From Acidobacteriota bacterium (lineage in GTDB: Bacteria > Acidobacteriota > Vicinamibacteria > Vicinamibacterales > SCN-69-37), in assembly GCA_004297655.1 (NCBI GenBank), contig SCUN01000192.1:1-40118 (forward strand): a stretch of 40,118 nt of DNA, written 5' to 3'. How positions within the stretch are numbered: the stretch's first letter is position 1; the number at the start of each line of letters is the position of its first letter. The notes below the pieces were generated by a model. That model did not search any database and was not told the DNA's origin. It worked only from the letters and a program-made list of their open reading frames with translations. The translations under genes were made by a program, and so were the position numbers. This document shows, in pieces, positions 1-12,505 of the stretch.

Positions 1-462
1 TCGATCCAGGAGCGGTACGCGAAGTACAAGGTCACCGATCCCGAGCGCCAGAAGATGAACCAGGAAATGATGGCGCTCTACAAGGAAAACGGCGTGAACC
101 CGGCCAGCGGCTGTGTGCCGATGCTGCTGACGCTGCCGATCCTGTTCGCGTTCTACTCGCTGCTCGCGATGTCGATCGAGCTCCGCCATGCCCCGTTCGT
201 GGGGTACATCGCGGACCTGTCGCGCCCGGACGTCTACTACGTCACGCCGATCCTGATGGGCTTGTCGATGTTCTGGCAGCAGAAGATGATGCCGACGACG
301 GCCGATCCGCTGCAGCAGAAGATGTTCCTGTTTATGCCGCTGATCTTCACGTTCAGCTTCCTCTGGGCGCCGAGCGGGCTTGTGTTGTATTGGCTTTCAA
401 GTAACCTGCTCGCCATCGGCCAGCAGTATGTGACCAACCGTCTTACCGGAGATGCTCGATGA
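1..462 (+). CDS. yidC: Membrane protein insertase YidC, C-terminal part (5'-truncated by window)
   Basis: Frame is open from base 1 ([10 protein letters not shown]...); motifs [23 protein letters not shown]; upstream of jag-mnmE as in the conserved origin cluster. Confidence 0.96.
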   Translation, partial: SIQERYAKYKVTDPERQKMNQEMMALYKENGVNPASGCVPMLLTLPILFAFYSLLAMSIELRHAPFVGYIADLSRPDVYYVTPILMGLSMFWQQKMMPTTADPLQQKMFLFMPLIFTFSFLWAPSGLVLYWLSSNLLAIGQQYVTNRLTGDAR

Positions 463-914
463 GCGAATTCGACGATCGTGTCATTAACTTTCTTCAGGAC
501 GTGACGGGCGCCATGGGCCTGACCCTGGACGTCGCGACCGAAGAGACGCCGGATCATGTTCGGCTCAATCTCACCGGCGAAGGCGCCGATGTGTTTCTCC
601 GCCGCAAGGGCGAGCCGCTCGATGCGCTCCAAGTCATCGTGAACACGGCGTTTCGCCGCGAAGACCGCGGGGAGCGCCACTACGTCGTCGACGTGCAGGG
701 CTTCCGCAAGGAGCAGGACGAGGAGCTTCGCACGAAGGCCCGCGAACTCGCCGCCAAGGTTCAGGCCTCAGGGGAAGAGGAAGAACTGGGCCCGCTCAAT
801 CCGTACGCGCGCCGCATCGTCCACCTCGCCGTGGCCGAGAATCCGGCCGTCACGACCGAGAGCTTCGGCGAAGACCTGCTGAAGACAATTGTCATCTCGC
901 TAAAACGGGCCTAG
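459..914 (+). CDS. jag: Jag/KhpB/EloR-type RNA-binding protein (KH + R3H, no Jag_N domain)
   Basis: KH-like [16 protein letters not shown]; R3H motif [11 protein letters not shown]; ATGA overlap with yidC. Confidence 0.88.
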   Translation: MSEFDDRVINFLQDVTGAMGLTLDVATEETPDHVRLNLTGEGADVFLRRKGEPLDALQVIVNTAFRREDRGERHYVVDVQGFRKEQDEELRTKARELAAKVQASGEEEELGPLNPYARRIVHLAVAENPAVTTESFGEDLLKTIVISLKRA

Positions 915-924
915 AGACTTCCGA

Positions 925-978
925 GCCGGAGCCAAGCTCCGGCCTACTTCGGATGTAGGCCGGGACTTCGGTCCCGGC
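925..978. repeat. Inverted pair of GTAG-type REP hairpins (REPIN-like doublet)
   Basis: Minus strand GTAG-GCCGGAGC-TTG-GCTCCGGC (925-947) and plus strand GTAG-GCCGGGAC-TTCG-GTCCCGGC (955-978), 7 bp apart; near-identical copy at 36009-36032. Confidence 0.8.
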
Positions 979-990
979 CGAAAGCATCCG

Positions 991-2364
991 ATGTTTGCCA
1001 CCGACGACACGATCGTTGCGATTGCCACCCCGCCCGGCCGCGGCGGATTGGGCGTCGTGCGCGTGTCCGGGCCCCGCGCCCTTGAAATCGCCCAGTCGCT
1101 GATCTCTCGCCAGGCGCCGCTCGAGCCCCGCGTCGCGACCCACACCTACATTCGAGAAAAAACGACATCGGGTGTCGTTTTTTTGGAAACTCCGGTTGAC
1201 GAGGTGGTGGCGACGTATTTCGCCAACCCCCACTCCTACACGGGGGAAGACGTCATCGAGATCAGCGGGCATGGCAGCCCCGTTCTGCTCGAGCGCATCG
1301 TCCAACTCGCCCTCGCGGCCGGCGCGCGATTGGCGGAACCCGGCGAATTTACGCTCCGGGCGTATTTGAACGGCCGAATGGACCTGGTCCAGGCGGAGGC
1401 CGTCGCCGACCTGATCGACGCGGTCACGCCGCAACAGGCGCGCGCCGCGATGGATCAGCTCGACGGGACGGTGACCGGCGCGATCAAAAAGATCGACGCC
1501 GCGCTCTTCAGCCTGATCGCCCGCTGCGAAGCGTCGCTGGATTTCCCCGACGAGGGATTTCATTTCATTCAGCAAGCCGAAGTGCGATCCACGCTGTCGT
1601 CAATTGCCGACGACCTGCGCGCGCTCATTGCGACGGCGTCGCGCGGGCGATTGCTCCGCGAAGGCAGAACGGTCGTCATCGTAGGCCGGCCAAATACCGG
1701 AAAGTCGAGCCTGTTCAATGCGCTGCTCGGCAGAAACCGCGCGATCGTGACGCCGATTCCCGGGACCACGCGCGACGTGCTGTCGGAGCAAATCGACGTA
1801 CTCGGCGTGCCGGTCACGTTGATCGACACCGCGGGCCTTCGCGAAAGCCACGATCCAATCGAACGGGAAGGTGTGGCACGGGCCGGCGAAGCGCGGGCCG
1901 CCGCAGCGATGACCCTGCTCGTTCTTGATGGATCGAGCGAACTCACTGCCGACGACGACTTCCTTCTCAATGAGCCAACAAAGGGGCGCCGCGTGATCGC
2001 GATCAGCAAAGCCGATCTCCCGCCCGGCATGGTCCCCCAGTTCGTCGCTCCAGAGGGCATCACCGTCTCGGCGACGACGGGGTTTGGATTGGACGAACTT
2101 CGTGAAGCGATTGTCCGGGAGGTCTCGAGTCAGGACGACCGGCGCGACACCCCGATGCTGACCAATATTCGCCACATCGCATTGGCGCAGTCGGCGCTCG
2201 ACGCGGCGGCGCGCGCGCTCGCGGCGCTCGATCGCGGCGCCACCGAAGAACTGCTGCTCGTCGACCTGCACGATGCCCGTCATTCCCTCGAGGACATCAC
2301 GGGAACACGGACGATCGATGACGTGCTGTTGCACATCTTCACGAGGTTCTGCGTCGGGAAATGA
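991..2364 (+). CDS. mnmE: tRNA modification GTPase MnmE
   Basis: DTIVAIATPPGRGG, PHSYTGED, GEFTLRAYLNGRMDL, GRPNTGKSS, PGTTRD, DTAG, C-terminal FCVGK. Confidence 0.98.
   Translation: MFATDDTIVAIATPPGRGGLGVVRVSGPRALEIAQSLISRQAPLEPRVATHTYIREKTTSGVVFLETPVDEVVATYFANPHSYTGEDVIEISGHGSPVLLERIVQLALAAGARLAEPGEFTLRAYLNGRMDLVQAEAVADLIDAVTPQQARAAMDQLDGTVTGAIKKIDAALFSLIARCEASLDFPDEGFHFIQQAEVRSTLSSIADDLRALIATASRGRLLREGRTVVIVGRPNTGKSSLFNALLGRNRAIVTPIPGTTRDVLSEQIDVLGVPVTLIDTAGLRESHDPIEREGVARAGEARAAAAMTLLVLDGSSELTADDDFLLNEPTKGRRVIAISKADLPPGMVPQFVAPEGITVSATTGFGLDELREAIVREVSSQDDRRDTPMLTNIRHIALAQSALDAAARALAALDRGATEELLLVDLHDARHSLEDITGTRTIDDVLLHIFTRFCVGK
1157..1183. repeat. 27-bp palindromic element inside mnmE coding frame
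   Basis: AAAAAACGACA-TCGGG-TGTCGTTTTTT, 11-bp perfect stem, AT-rich against GC-rich context; encodes about EKTTSGVVF in a variable loop. Confidence 0.7.
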
Positions 2365-4202
2365 GCGCGACTGATTTCGACGTCGTCGTGATCGGCGCCG
2401 GCCACGCAGGATGCGAGGCCGCCTGGGCGGCCGCGCGTATGGGCGCGCGGGTCGGGTTGTGCACGCTGTCGCCGGAGACGGTGGCGTTGATGCCATGCAA
2501 CCCGGCGATCGGCGGCACCGCAAAGGGCCATCTTGTTCGGGAGATTGATGCCCTCGGCGGGCTGATGGGCCTGGCGATTGACGCGACCGGCATTCAATTC
2601 AAATTGCTCAATCGCAGCCGCGGGCCCGCGGTGTGGTCGCCGCGCGCGCAGGCCGACAAGCGGCGATACGGCTCGTGGGTGCGCGACGCGCTCTGCGCGC
2701 AACCCAACATCACGTGGCTCTTTCGGCGCGCCGGCGCGGTGTTGATGTCGGGCGGCACGGTCACAGGCCTTGCGTTTGAGGAAGGCGATCGGGTCAGCTG
2801 TCGTTCGCTTGTGGTGACCACCGGTACGTTTCTGAACGGCCTGGTGCACATTGGCGACGAACAACATCCGGCCGGTCGCGCCGGCGAGCCGCCAACGCGA
2901 GCGCTCGCGGATTCGTTGCATGCACTCGGTCTCGCGATGGGCCGGCTCAAGACCGGAACGCCGCCTCGACTGTCTCGCGCGACGATTGATTTCTCGAAGT
3001 TCCCCGAGGAACTGGGCGACGTTCCGATTGTGCCGTTCTCGTTCACAACGCCGCGTGACGTTCTCGACGGCCGCGACCAGATTGCGTGCCATCTGCTCCA
3101 CACGACCGAGGCGACGCATGAGCTGGTACGTCAGTCCATCGATCGATCGCCGCTCTACAACGGCCAGATTCAGGGGATTGGGCCGCGCTATTGCCCGTCA
3201 TTCGAAGACAAGGTGATGCGCTTTCCCGATAAGTCGCGTCACCAGATCTTCCTCGAACCGGAGGGCCTCGACGTCGACGAGATCTACGTCAACGGGATGT
3301 CCATGTGTCTGCCGCGCGCGATCCAGGAGTCGATCGTTCGTGCGCTGCCTGGCCTCGAAACGGCGCGCGTGTTGAGGCACGCGTATGCCGTTGAGTACGA
3401 CTTCGTCCAGCCGACGTCGCTGCTGTCGTCGCTGGCCGCAAAGGACTATCCCGGGCTGTATTTCGCAGGGCAGATCAACGGCACCTCAGGGTACGAAGAA
3501 GCCGCGGCTCAGGGCTTGATGGCCGGCATCAACGCCGCGCGCTCGGCGCGGGATCTTCCCGCGGTGTCGATTCGGCGCGATCAGGGGTACATCGGCATTC
3601 TCATCGACGACCTGATCACACAGGGCTGTCTCGAGCCTTACCGGATGTTCACGTCGCGCGCCGAGCATCGGCTTGTGTTGCGCATCGACAACGCTGATCT
3701 TCGATTGACGCCGCTCGGCCGCGAGATCGGACTCGTCGATGACGAGCGTTGGCGCGTCTTCGAATCGCGCGAGAAACGTCTCGAGCGAAATCGGGCGCAC
3801 GCCGCCGGCACGCGCGTGAAGGTGCGCGGCGCCACGACCACTGTGGCGCAGGCGATCGCGCGACCGGATGTACCGATGGCCGAGATCGTCGAGGCTGGCG
3901 CGTCTTTCGAAACAGACGCGCAATTCGCGTCATTCGATCTGGCGACAGTCGAAGCCGAATTTCGCTACGCGGGCTATCTCAAACGCCACGATGCAGAGCT
4001 GGCACGCGTGCGCTCGCAGTCCGACCGCGCAATTCCGCCGGCGTTTTCGTACGAGGGTGTGCCGGGGCTTTCACGCGAGGTCGTCGAGCGGCTCGAGCAA
4101 GTGCGACCCACGACGATCGGCCAGGCCGGTCGCGTTCCGGGAGTTACTCCTGCTGCCCTGGCTATCGTAGCTCTACGGGTTGCCAGACCGTCAAAATATT
4201 GA
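2361..4202 (+). CDS. mnmG: tRNA uridine 5-carboxymethylaminomethyl modification enzyme MnmG (GidA)
   Basis: VIGAGHAGCEAA, MPCNPAIGG, RLKTGTPPR, GPRYCPSFEDK, GQINGTSGYEEAAAQG, YRMFTSRAE. Confidence 0.98.
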   Translation: MSATDFDVVVIGAGHAGCEAAWAAARMGARVGLCTLSPETVALMPCNPAIGGTAKGHLVREIDALGGLMGLAIDATGIQFKLLNRSRGPAVWSPRAQADKRRYGSWVRDALCAQPNITWLFRRAGAVLMSGGTVTGLAFEEGDRVSCRSLVVTTGTFLNGLVHIGDEQHPAGRAGEPPTRALADSLHALGLAMGRLKTGTPPRLSRATIDFSKFPEELGDVPIVPFSFTTPRDVLDGRDQIACHLLHTTEATHELVRQSIDRSPLYNGQIQGIGPRYCPSFEDKVMRFPDKSRHQIFLEPEGLDVDEIYVNGMSMCLPRAIQESIVRALPGLETARVLRHAYAVEYDFVQPTSLLSSLAAKDYPGLYFAGQINGTSGYEEAAAQGLMAGINAARSARDLPAVSIRRDQGYIGILIDDLITQGCLEPYRMFTSRAEHRLVLRIDNADLRLTPLGREIGLVDDERWRVFESREKRLERNRAHAAGTRVKVRGATTTVAQAIARPDVPMAEIVEAGASFETDAQFASFDLATVEAEFRYAGYLKRHDAELARVRSQSDRAIPPAFSYEGVPGLSREVVERLEQVRPTTIGQAGRVPGVTPAALAIVALRVARPSKY

Positions 4203-4230
4203 CACTACCAGAAGGCCTTAGAATCAGCTC

Positions 4231-4806
4231 GTGAGGATCGCTGAGAGGCTGGTTCAACGGCTCGCGGCCGCCGGCATGTCAGCGCCCGATCCTCAAGCGA
4301 TCGGCCTTCACGAGCGGTACTTGTCGCTCCTTGCAAAGTGGAACCGTACGATCAACCTCACATCCCTGCCGCTCGATCCGCCGAGCGACGAGGCCATCGA
4401 TCGGCTGCTGGTGGAGCCCATCCTTGCGAGCCAGTTTGCCGACGCGCCTAGGACGATCATCGACATTGGCAGCGGCGGAGGGTCGCCGGCGATCCCCTTC
4501 TGGATCCAGTGCCCTGGCGCCTCCCTGACCATGGTTGAATCCCGCTCCAGGAAGTGCGCTTTCCTGGCGGAGGCGGTTCGACAGATCAAAGCAGGCAAGG
4601 GCCAGGCTCTGCCGGTTCGCTTCGAGCAACTGCTAGAGAAGCACCCGGACTTGGCGGGCTCCGCAGATATCGTGACGCTGAGAGCCGTTCGCCTGGATCA
4701 CCAGGTTCACAGGCTCGTCGGAGCCCTACTGAAGCCGACAGGGCGGGTCTATCATTTCGCCGACGCCCTGAAGATTGTCGATTGTTCCACGTGGAACAAG
4801 GGGTGA
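4231..4806 (+). CDS. rsmG: 16S rRNA m7G527 methyltransferase RsmG (GidB)
   Basis: KWNRTINLTS, SAM motif DIGSGGGSP, VESRSRKCAFL, VTLRAV; between mnmG and parA; GTG start 6 nt after TAGAAT. Confidence 0.9.
   Translation: MRIAERLVQRLAAAGMSAPDPQAIGLHERYLSLLAKWNRTINLTSLPLDPPSDEAIDRLLVEPILASQFADAPRTIIDIGSGGGSPAIPFWIQCPGASLTMVESRSRKCAFLAEAVRQIKAGKGQALPVRFEQLLEKHPDLAGSADIVTLRAVRLDHQVHRLVGALLKPTGRVYHFADALKIVDCSTWNKG
4783..4798. promoter_or_regulatory. parS: parS centromere-like ParB binding site
   Basis: Perfect palindrome TGTTCCACGTGGAACA matching the chromosomal parS consensus, 80 bp upstream of parA. Confidence 0.95.
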
Positions 4807-4817
4807 GAAAAGCGCGG

Positions 4818-4865
4818 TTCAAGTTAGAATTCACAGGTCACAAGTCACAGGAAGTTTGTGATTTG
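4818..4865 (+). repeat. Heptamer tandem repeat element (NGTCACA), copy 1
   Basis: CA-AGTTAGA-ATTCACA-GGTCACA-AGTCACA followed by an inverted partial copy TTGTGATTTG; related copies at 10582 and 33682. Confidence 0.7.
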
Positions 4866-4878
4866 GTCATAAAACCTA

Positions 4879-5658
4879 ATGTCTAAAGTCATCAGCATCG
4901 CGAATCAGAAGGGCGGCGTCGCCAAGACGACCACCGCGATCAACCTCGCGGCATCGCTGGCGCTCGCCGAACAGCGCGTGCTGCTGGTCGACATGGATCC
5001 GCAGGCGAATCTCACGAGCGGCGTCGGTCTGAAGGGGCAGTCGGCGCCCGGCGGCACGATCTACGACGCGTTGACCGGCAACGGCACCAACGCCGAGTCG
5101 TTCGTGCTGCCCACCGGCATCGATCATCTGTCGATCATTCCCGCCGACCGGCAGCTCACCGGCGCGGAAATCGAACTCGTCAATCTCCCGGATCGCGAAT
5201 ATCGTCTGCGCGGCGTGCTGAATTTCCTGCGCGGGCGCTATGACTTCGTGTTCATCGACACGCCGCCGTCGCTAGGCCTTCTGACGCTCAATGCGCTCGT
5301 CGCCGCGGACCAGGTGCTCGTGCCGCTCAACTGCGAGTACTTCGCGCTCGAAGGCATCGCTGAGCTGATGGCGACGCTCGAACGCGTTCGCGCGTCGCTC
5401 AATCCGGATCTCTCTCTCGAGGGCGTGTTGCTCACGATGTATGACGAGCGGACGAATCTGGGCCAGCAGGTCAGCGCGAACATCCGTGAATTCTTCGGGG
5501 AGAAAGTCTTCTCCACGGTCATCCCGCGCAATATTCGTCTCGGCGAAGCGCCGAGTCATGGCGTGCCGGTGATCCTGTACGACGCGCGCTCGCGCGGCGC
5601 GGAAGCGTACATCGCCCTGGCGAAAGAATTTCTCGCGCGCGAGCATGGGAGTCATTAG
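4879..5658 (+). CDS. parA: Chromosome partitioning ATPase ParA/Soj
   Basis: NQKGGVAKTTT deviant Walker A, DMDPQAN, DTPPSLG, IPRNIRLGEAPSHG. Confidence 0.97.
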   Translation: MSKVISIANQKGGVAKTTTAINLAASLALAEQRVLLVDMDPQANLTSGVGLKGQSAPGGTIYDALTGNGTNAESFVLPTGIDHLSIIPADRQLTGAEIELVNLPDREYRLRGVLNFLRGRYDFVFIDTPPSLGLLTLNALVAADQVLVPLNCEYFALEGIAELMATLERVRASLNPDLSLEGVLLTMYDERTNLGQQVSANIREFFGEKVFSTVIPRNIRLGEAPSHGVPVILYDARSRGAEAYIALAKEFLAREHGSH

Positions 5659-5660
5659 CG

Positions 5661-6563
5661 ATGGCTGAAAAACGTCCAGCACTCGGCCGCGGATTGAGCG
5701 CGTTGATTCCGGACGCCGCGCCGCCCGCGCCTCGTCCGGCCGCTCCGTCGCCCGATCGGCCGACGGAACTCGACATCGATTTGCTGGTGCCGAATTCGGA
5801 GCAACCGCGCGCGGCGATCGACGATTTGAAGCTCGAAGAACTCGCGCAGTCGATTCGCGCCAACGGCGTCATTCAACCGGTCATCGTGCGAAAGGCGCAC
5901 ACGTCGATCGGCGCGGCCGGCCCAACGCGCTACGAGATCATCGCGGGTGAACGCCGGTGGCGGGCCGCCCAGCGTGCGGGTTTGCTGAAAGTGCCCGTGG
6001 TCGTCAGCGACGTGCCGGACGACAAGTTGCTCGAAGTCGCGCTGATCGAGAACATCCAGCGCGAGAACCTCAATCCGATTGAAGAAGCTCAGGCCTATCG
6101 GCGCCTCGCCGACCATCACCGGCTGTCACAGGATGAGATCGCGACGGCCGTCGGGAAGGACCGGGCGACAGTCGCTAACTATATGAGGCTATTGAAGTTA
6201 CCTGATGAGGTCCGTAACGACCTTGTCAGCGGAAGCCTCACGATGGGGCATGCCCGGGCCATCCTGGGCCTGACAAACGAGGCCGCCCAGCGGAGGGTCG
6301 CCCGGGAAACTGTTGCCAAAGGACTGTCGGTCCGCGAGACCGAGGCTATGGTTCGCAAGGAAGCCGACCCCAAACCGGCGGCCCCCGAGCCGCCGAGGGT
6401 GGACCCGAACACTCGTGCGGCAGAAGAGCAGCTTCGGCTGACGCTCGGCACCCGGGTGCGCATCGTTCGCAAGGGGAAGAGCGGGCGAATCGAGATCGAT
6501 TTCGTCAGCGAAGACGAGCTGCAGCGGCTCTATGAACAACTGACGTCGCGTGGTATAAATTAA
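5661..6563 (+). CDS. parB: Chromosome partitioning protein ParB/Spo0J
   Basis: [45 protein letters not shown] with VANYMRLL. Confidence 0.97.
   Translation: MAEKRPALGRGLSALIPDAAPPAPRPAAPSPDRPTELDIDLLVPNSEQPRAAIDDLKLEELAQSIRANGVIQPVIVRKAHTSIGAAGPTRYEIIAGERRWRAAQRAGLLKVPVVVSDVPDDKLLEVALIENIQRENLNPIEEAQAYRRLADHHRLSQDEIATAVGKDRATVANYMRLLKLPDEVRNDLVSGSLTMGHARAILGLTNEAAQRRVARETVAKGLSVRETEAMVRKEADPKPAAPEPPRVDPNTRAAEEQLRLTLGTRVRIVRKGKSGRIEIDFVSEDELQRLYEQLTSRGIN
6551..6561 (+). promoter_or_regulatory. Possible extended -10 promoter for the atp genes
   Basis: TGGTATAAATT AT-rich island at end of parB; GGAGG RBS at 6581-6585 precedes TTG 6595. Confidence 0.4.
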
Positions 6564-6594
6564 TGTTTCTGTAATCGCGCGGAGGCGCTTTCTT

Positions 6595-7020
6595 TTGCTG
6601 CCGGATCTCTCGGTCCTTTGGGTCGTCTTTTTCGTTCTGCTGCTGGCGCTCATTCTTGACCGTCTGTTCTTCCGGCCGTTGCTTGGCGCGATCAGGCAGC
6701 GAGAAGGAGCGGCGGCCTCAGCCAAAGCGCTCGCCGATCAGGCCGCGGCCGAAGCCCGCCGCGCCACCGAAGAATTCGACCGCCAGACGTCTGCCGCCCG
6801 CGCCGATGTCTACCGGCAGATGGACGACATGCGCCGCGCGGCCATGGAAGACCGCGCCGCGCTCGTCGATGTGGCTCGCAAGGAAGCCGACGCCGCGCTC
6901 ACGCAGGCGCGCGCGGATCTGGCCCGCGATGTCGAGACCGCCCGGGCGCGGCTGGATAAAGACGCCGAGACGCTGGCCGCCGAAGCCGCCTCGCGCATTC
7001 TTGGTCGCCGCGTCTCGTAG
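6595..7020 (+). CDS. atpF: ATP synthase F0 subunit b'
   Basis: N-terminal TM helix then LFFRPLLGAIRQRE and long Ala/Arg/Glu coiled coil; first of two b-type genes. Confidence 0.88.
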   Translation: MLPDLSVLWVVFFVLLLALILDRLFFRPLLGAIRQREGAAASAKALADQAAAEARRATEEFDRQTSAARADVYRQMDDMRRAAMEDRAALVDVARKEADAALTQARADLARDVETARARLDKDAETLAAEAASRILGRRVS

Positions 7021-7051
7021 CGGCCGCCCCCAACACTTTGTGACCGACGCG

Positions 7052-7624
7052 ATGACCCACCGCTCCCGCCTCCGCTCCGCCCTCACGACGATGTTCGTGC
7101 TCGTCGCGTTTGCGGCGCCGCTTCTGGCGTCGGAGGACGCCGCGGCCGCCGACAGCTGGAAGCCGACGATCGCGCGCATCGTGAACTTCGCGATTCTCGC
7201 CGGCGCGATCTACTACTTCGCCGCCGGCATGGTTCGCGAGTACCTGCGCACGCGGTCCGAGACGATCCGACGGGATCTGACCGACGCGAAGAATCTGCGC
7301 GCCGCGGCGGAAGAGCAATTGGCGGCCGTCCGGTCGCGCCTGTCGCTGTTGCCGGGCGAGCTTCGCGAGATGAAGCAGCGCGGCGAGGACGAACTGGCGG
7401 CCGAGAAAGTTCGGCTGGCGGCCGCGACTGCGTCGGAGCGCACCCGCATCCAGGAACAAACCCGCCGCGAAATCGAGCTGGCGTCGCGACTCGCGCGCCG
7501 CGACCTGATGAACCACGGCGTCGAGCTCTCCATGAAGCTCGCGCGCGCGCGCATCGAGAGCAGCATCACGCCCGACGACCAGGCTCGGCTCATCGACGGC
7601 TACAAACCGGAGGTGCGGCAGTGA
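7052..7624 (+). CDS. atpF: ATP synthase F0 subunit b (start 7052 ATG or 7040 GTG)
   Basis: RIVNFAILAGAIYYF TM, coiled coil, ITPDDQARLID end; 3' part of listed ORF 6656-7624. Confidence 0.88.
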   Translation: MTHRSRLRSALTTMFVLVAFAAPLLASEDAAAADSWKPTIARIVNFAILAGAIYYFAAGMVREYLRTRSETIRRDLTDAKNLRAAAEEQLAAVRSRLSLLPGELREMKQRGEDELAAEKVRLAAATASERTRIQEQTRREIELASRLARRDLMNHGVELSMKLARARIESSITPDDQARLIDGYKPEVRQ

Positions 7625-8166
7625 CGCTCCAGGCGATCGCTCGCCGCTACGCGGCGGCGCTGTTCGATGTCGTGAAGAAGAACAACACCATTGACGCCGC
7701 GCAAAGCGGGCTGACCTCGGTCGCCGCGCTCGTCGCCGGGTCGCCGGAGTTGGAGTCGGTCTTCGCATCGCCCGGCGTGCCCGCGGCGAAGAAGCTCTCG
7801 GTGGCGCAGACGCTGGTCGCCCAGCTCGGCGTGCCCCAGGAAATCCAGCGCCTGATCAACGTCCTCGGCGAGCGGGATCGCCTCGGCCTCATCGGCGACG
7901 TCGCGTCGGCATTCGACGCGCGCGTGCGGCAGGAGCGCCACGTGCTCCGCGCGGACGTGACCACGGCCGTGCCGCTGTCGCCCGAGAAGAGCGCCGCGCT
8001 CGCTGCATCACTGGGCAAGGCGCTGGGCGGCACGATCACCATCGACGCGCGCGTGGATCCGTCGATCGTCGGCGGCGTGGTCGCCAAGGTTGGCAGTTGG
8101 GTGTTCGACGGCAGCGTCACGCGCCAGCTCGAACGCATGAAGACAGAGCTCATCAAGGAAAACTAG
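7621..8166 (+). CDS. atpH: ATP synthase F1 delta subunit
   Basis: [32 protein letters not shown]. Confidence 0.96.
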   Translation: MTLQAIARRYAAALFDVVKKNNTIDAAQSGLTSVAALVAGSPELESVFASPGVPAAKKLSVAQTLVAQLGVPQEIQRLINVLGERDRLGLIGDVASAFDARVRQERHVLRADVTTAVPLSPEKSAALAASLGKALGGTITIDARVDPSIVGGVVAKVGSWVFDGSVTRQLERMKTELIKEN

Positions 8167-8173
8167 GAAAACA

Positions 8174-9697
<1,524 letters not shown>

Positions 9698-9699
9698 CC

Positions 9700-10581
9700 A
9701 TGCCGTCACTGATTGACATGCGCCGGCGCCTCCGCGCCGTCAAATCGACGCAGCAGATCACCAAGGCGTTGAAGATGGTGGCGGCGTCGAAGCTGCGCCG
9801 CGCGCAGGAGAAAGTCGTCGCCACGCGGCCGTTCGCCATACAGGCGAAGCGCGTGCTGGCGAGCATCGCGTCGCGCGTGGACTCGGCGGCGCATCCGCTG
9901 CTCGAGCGGCGCGCCGGCGCGGCCACCGGCAACACGCTCATCATCGTCGTGGCGTCGGATCGCGGATTGTGCGGCAGCTTCAACACCAACATCGCCAAAG
10001 CCGTCGCGGGTTTCCTCCGCGAGAACAAGGGCCGGACGATGGCGCTGGGACTGGTTGGGCGAAAGAGCCGGGATCTGCTCGGCCGCCGCGGGTTCCCGGT
10101 GCGGTTCGAGTACGTGAATCTGCCGAAGGCGATCGGCGTGGCGGACGCGGAAGCGATCGTGGCGCCGGCGATCGAGGATTTTCTGGCCGGCAAGATCGAC
10201 AGCGTGCATCTCGTCTACAACGAGTTCAAGTCGGTCATCTCGCAGAAGGTCGTCATGGAGCAGCTGCTCCCGATGGCCCCAATCGAGACGCCATCGGACG
10301 CCGCGCAACCGGCGGCCGGCGAAGCGACTGAGTATTTGTACGAGCCGTCGGCGGAGCGGATCTTCGACATTCTGTTGAAGCGTCTGGTCGAGGCGCAGGT
10401 GTTGCGCGCGCTCGTCGAGTCGAACGCGGCGTTCTATGCGGCGCAGATGACGGCCATGGACGCGGCGACGCGCAACTCGGCCGAGATGCTGAGCAGCCTG
10501 ACCCTGCAGATGAACAAGATCCGCCAGGCGGCGATTACGCGGGAAATTATCGAAGTGGTTTCGGGCGCCCAGGCGCTGTAG
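9700..10581 (+). CDS. atpG: ATP synthase F1 gamma subunit
   Basis: QQITKALKMVAASK, SDRGLCGSFN, NKIRQAAITREIIEVVSGA. Confidence 0.98.
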   Translation: MPSLIDMRRRLRAVKSTQQITKALKMVAASKLRRAQEKVVATRPFAIQAKRVLASIASRVDSAAHPLLERRAGAATGNTLIIVVASDRGLCGSFNTNIAKAVAGFLRENKGRTMALGLVGRKSRDLLGRRGFPVRFEYVNLPKAIGVADAEAIVAPAIEDFLAGKIDSVHLVYNEFKSVISQKVVMEQLLPMAPIETPSDAAQPAAGEATEYLYEPSAERIFDILLKRLVEAQVLRALVESNAAFYAAQMTAMDAATRNSAEMLSSLTLQMNKIRQAAITREIIEVVSGAQAL

Positions 10582-12069
<1,488 letters not shown>

Positions 12070-12495
12070 ATGGCGATCCCGAAGAGCCTTCGGCTGGAAT
12101 TCGTCACCCCCGAGCGGGCGATCGCCCACGAGGACGTGGACGAAGTGGAACTGCCGGGCGAGCAGGGCTTCTTCGCCGTGCTGCCGGGGCACGCGCCGCT
12201 CCTGGCCGCGCTCAAGACGGGACCGATCTGGTACCGCAAGGGGAACGACAAGCACTTCGCGTTCATCTCCGGCGGATTCACCGAGGTGACCGCGGATCGC
12301 GTCAGCGTGCTGGCGCAGGTGGCCGAGCGCGCGGAAGACATCGACATCGCCCGCGCGGAAGCGTCCAAGCGGCGTGCCGAAGAACGTTTGAGTAAACCCA
12401 CACTGGCCGACTTCGATGCGGAGCGAGCCCGGATTGCGATGTTGCGCGCTTTGACCCGGTTGCAGGTCGCGCGGCATTCGCGAACGCGCGGGTGA
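12070..12495 (+). CDS. atpC: ATP synthase F1 epsilon subunit
   Basis: LEFVTPER, GFFAVLPGHAP, SGGFTEV, AEDIDIARA. Confidence 0.96.
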   Translation: MAIPKSLRLEFVTPERAIAHEDVDEVELPGEQGFFAVLPGHAPLLAALKTGPIWYRKGNDKHFAFISGGFTEVTADRVSVLAQVAERAEDIDIARAEASKRRAEERLSKPTLADFDAERARIAMLRALTRLQVARHSRTRG

Positions 12496-12505
12496 CGCGC
12501 AGACT

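Noticed and set aside
4199-4224. TTGACA...TAGAAT as a canonical sigma70 pair
   Set aside because: Spacer is 14 bp, too short; only the -10 is retained as a leaderless signal.
5896-5934. Small insertion in ParB ([11 protein letters not shown]) with weak GTAG-hairpin look on the minus strand
   Set aside because: Stem too short and degenerate to call a REP in GC-rich DNA.
1-6600. oriC / DnaA-box cluster
   Set aside because: No TTATCCACA cluster or AT-rich unwinding element seen; the origin is probably outside the window.
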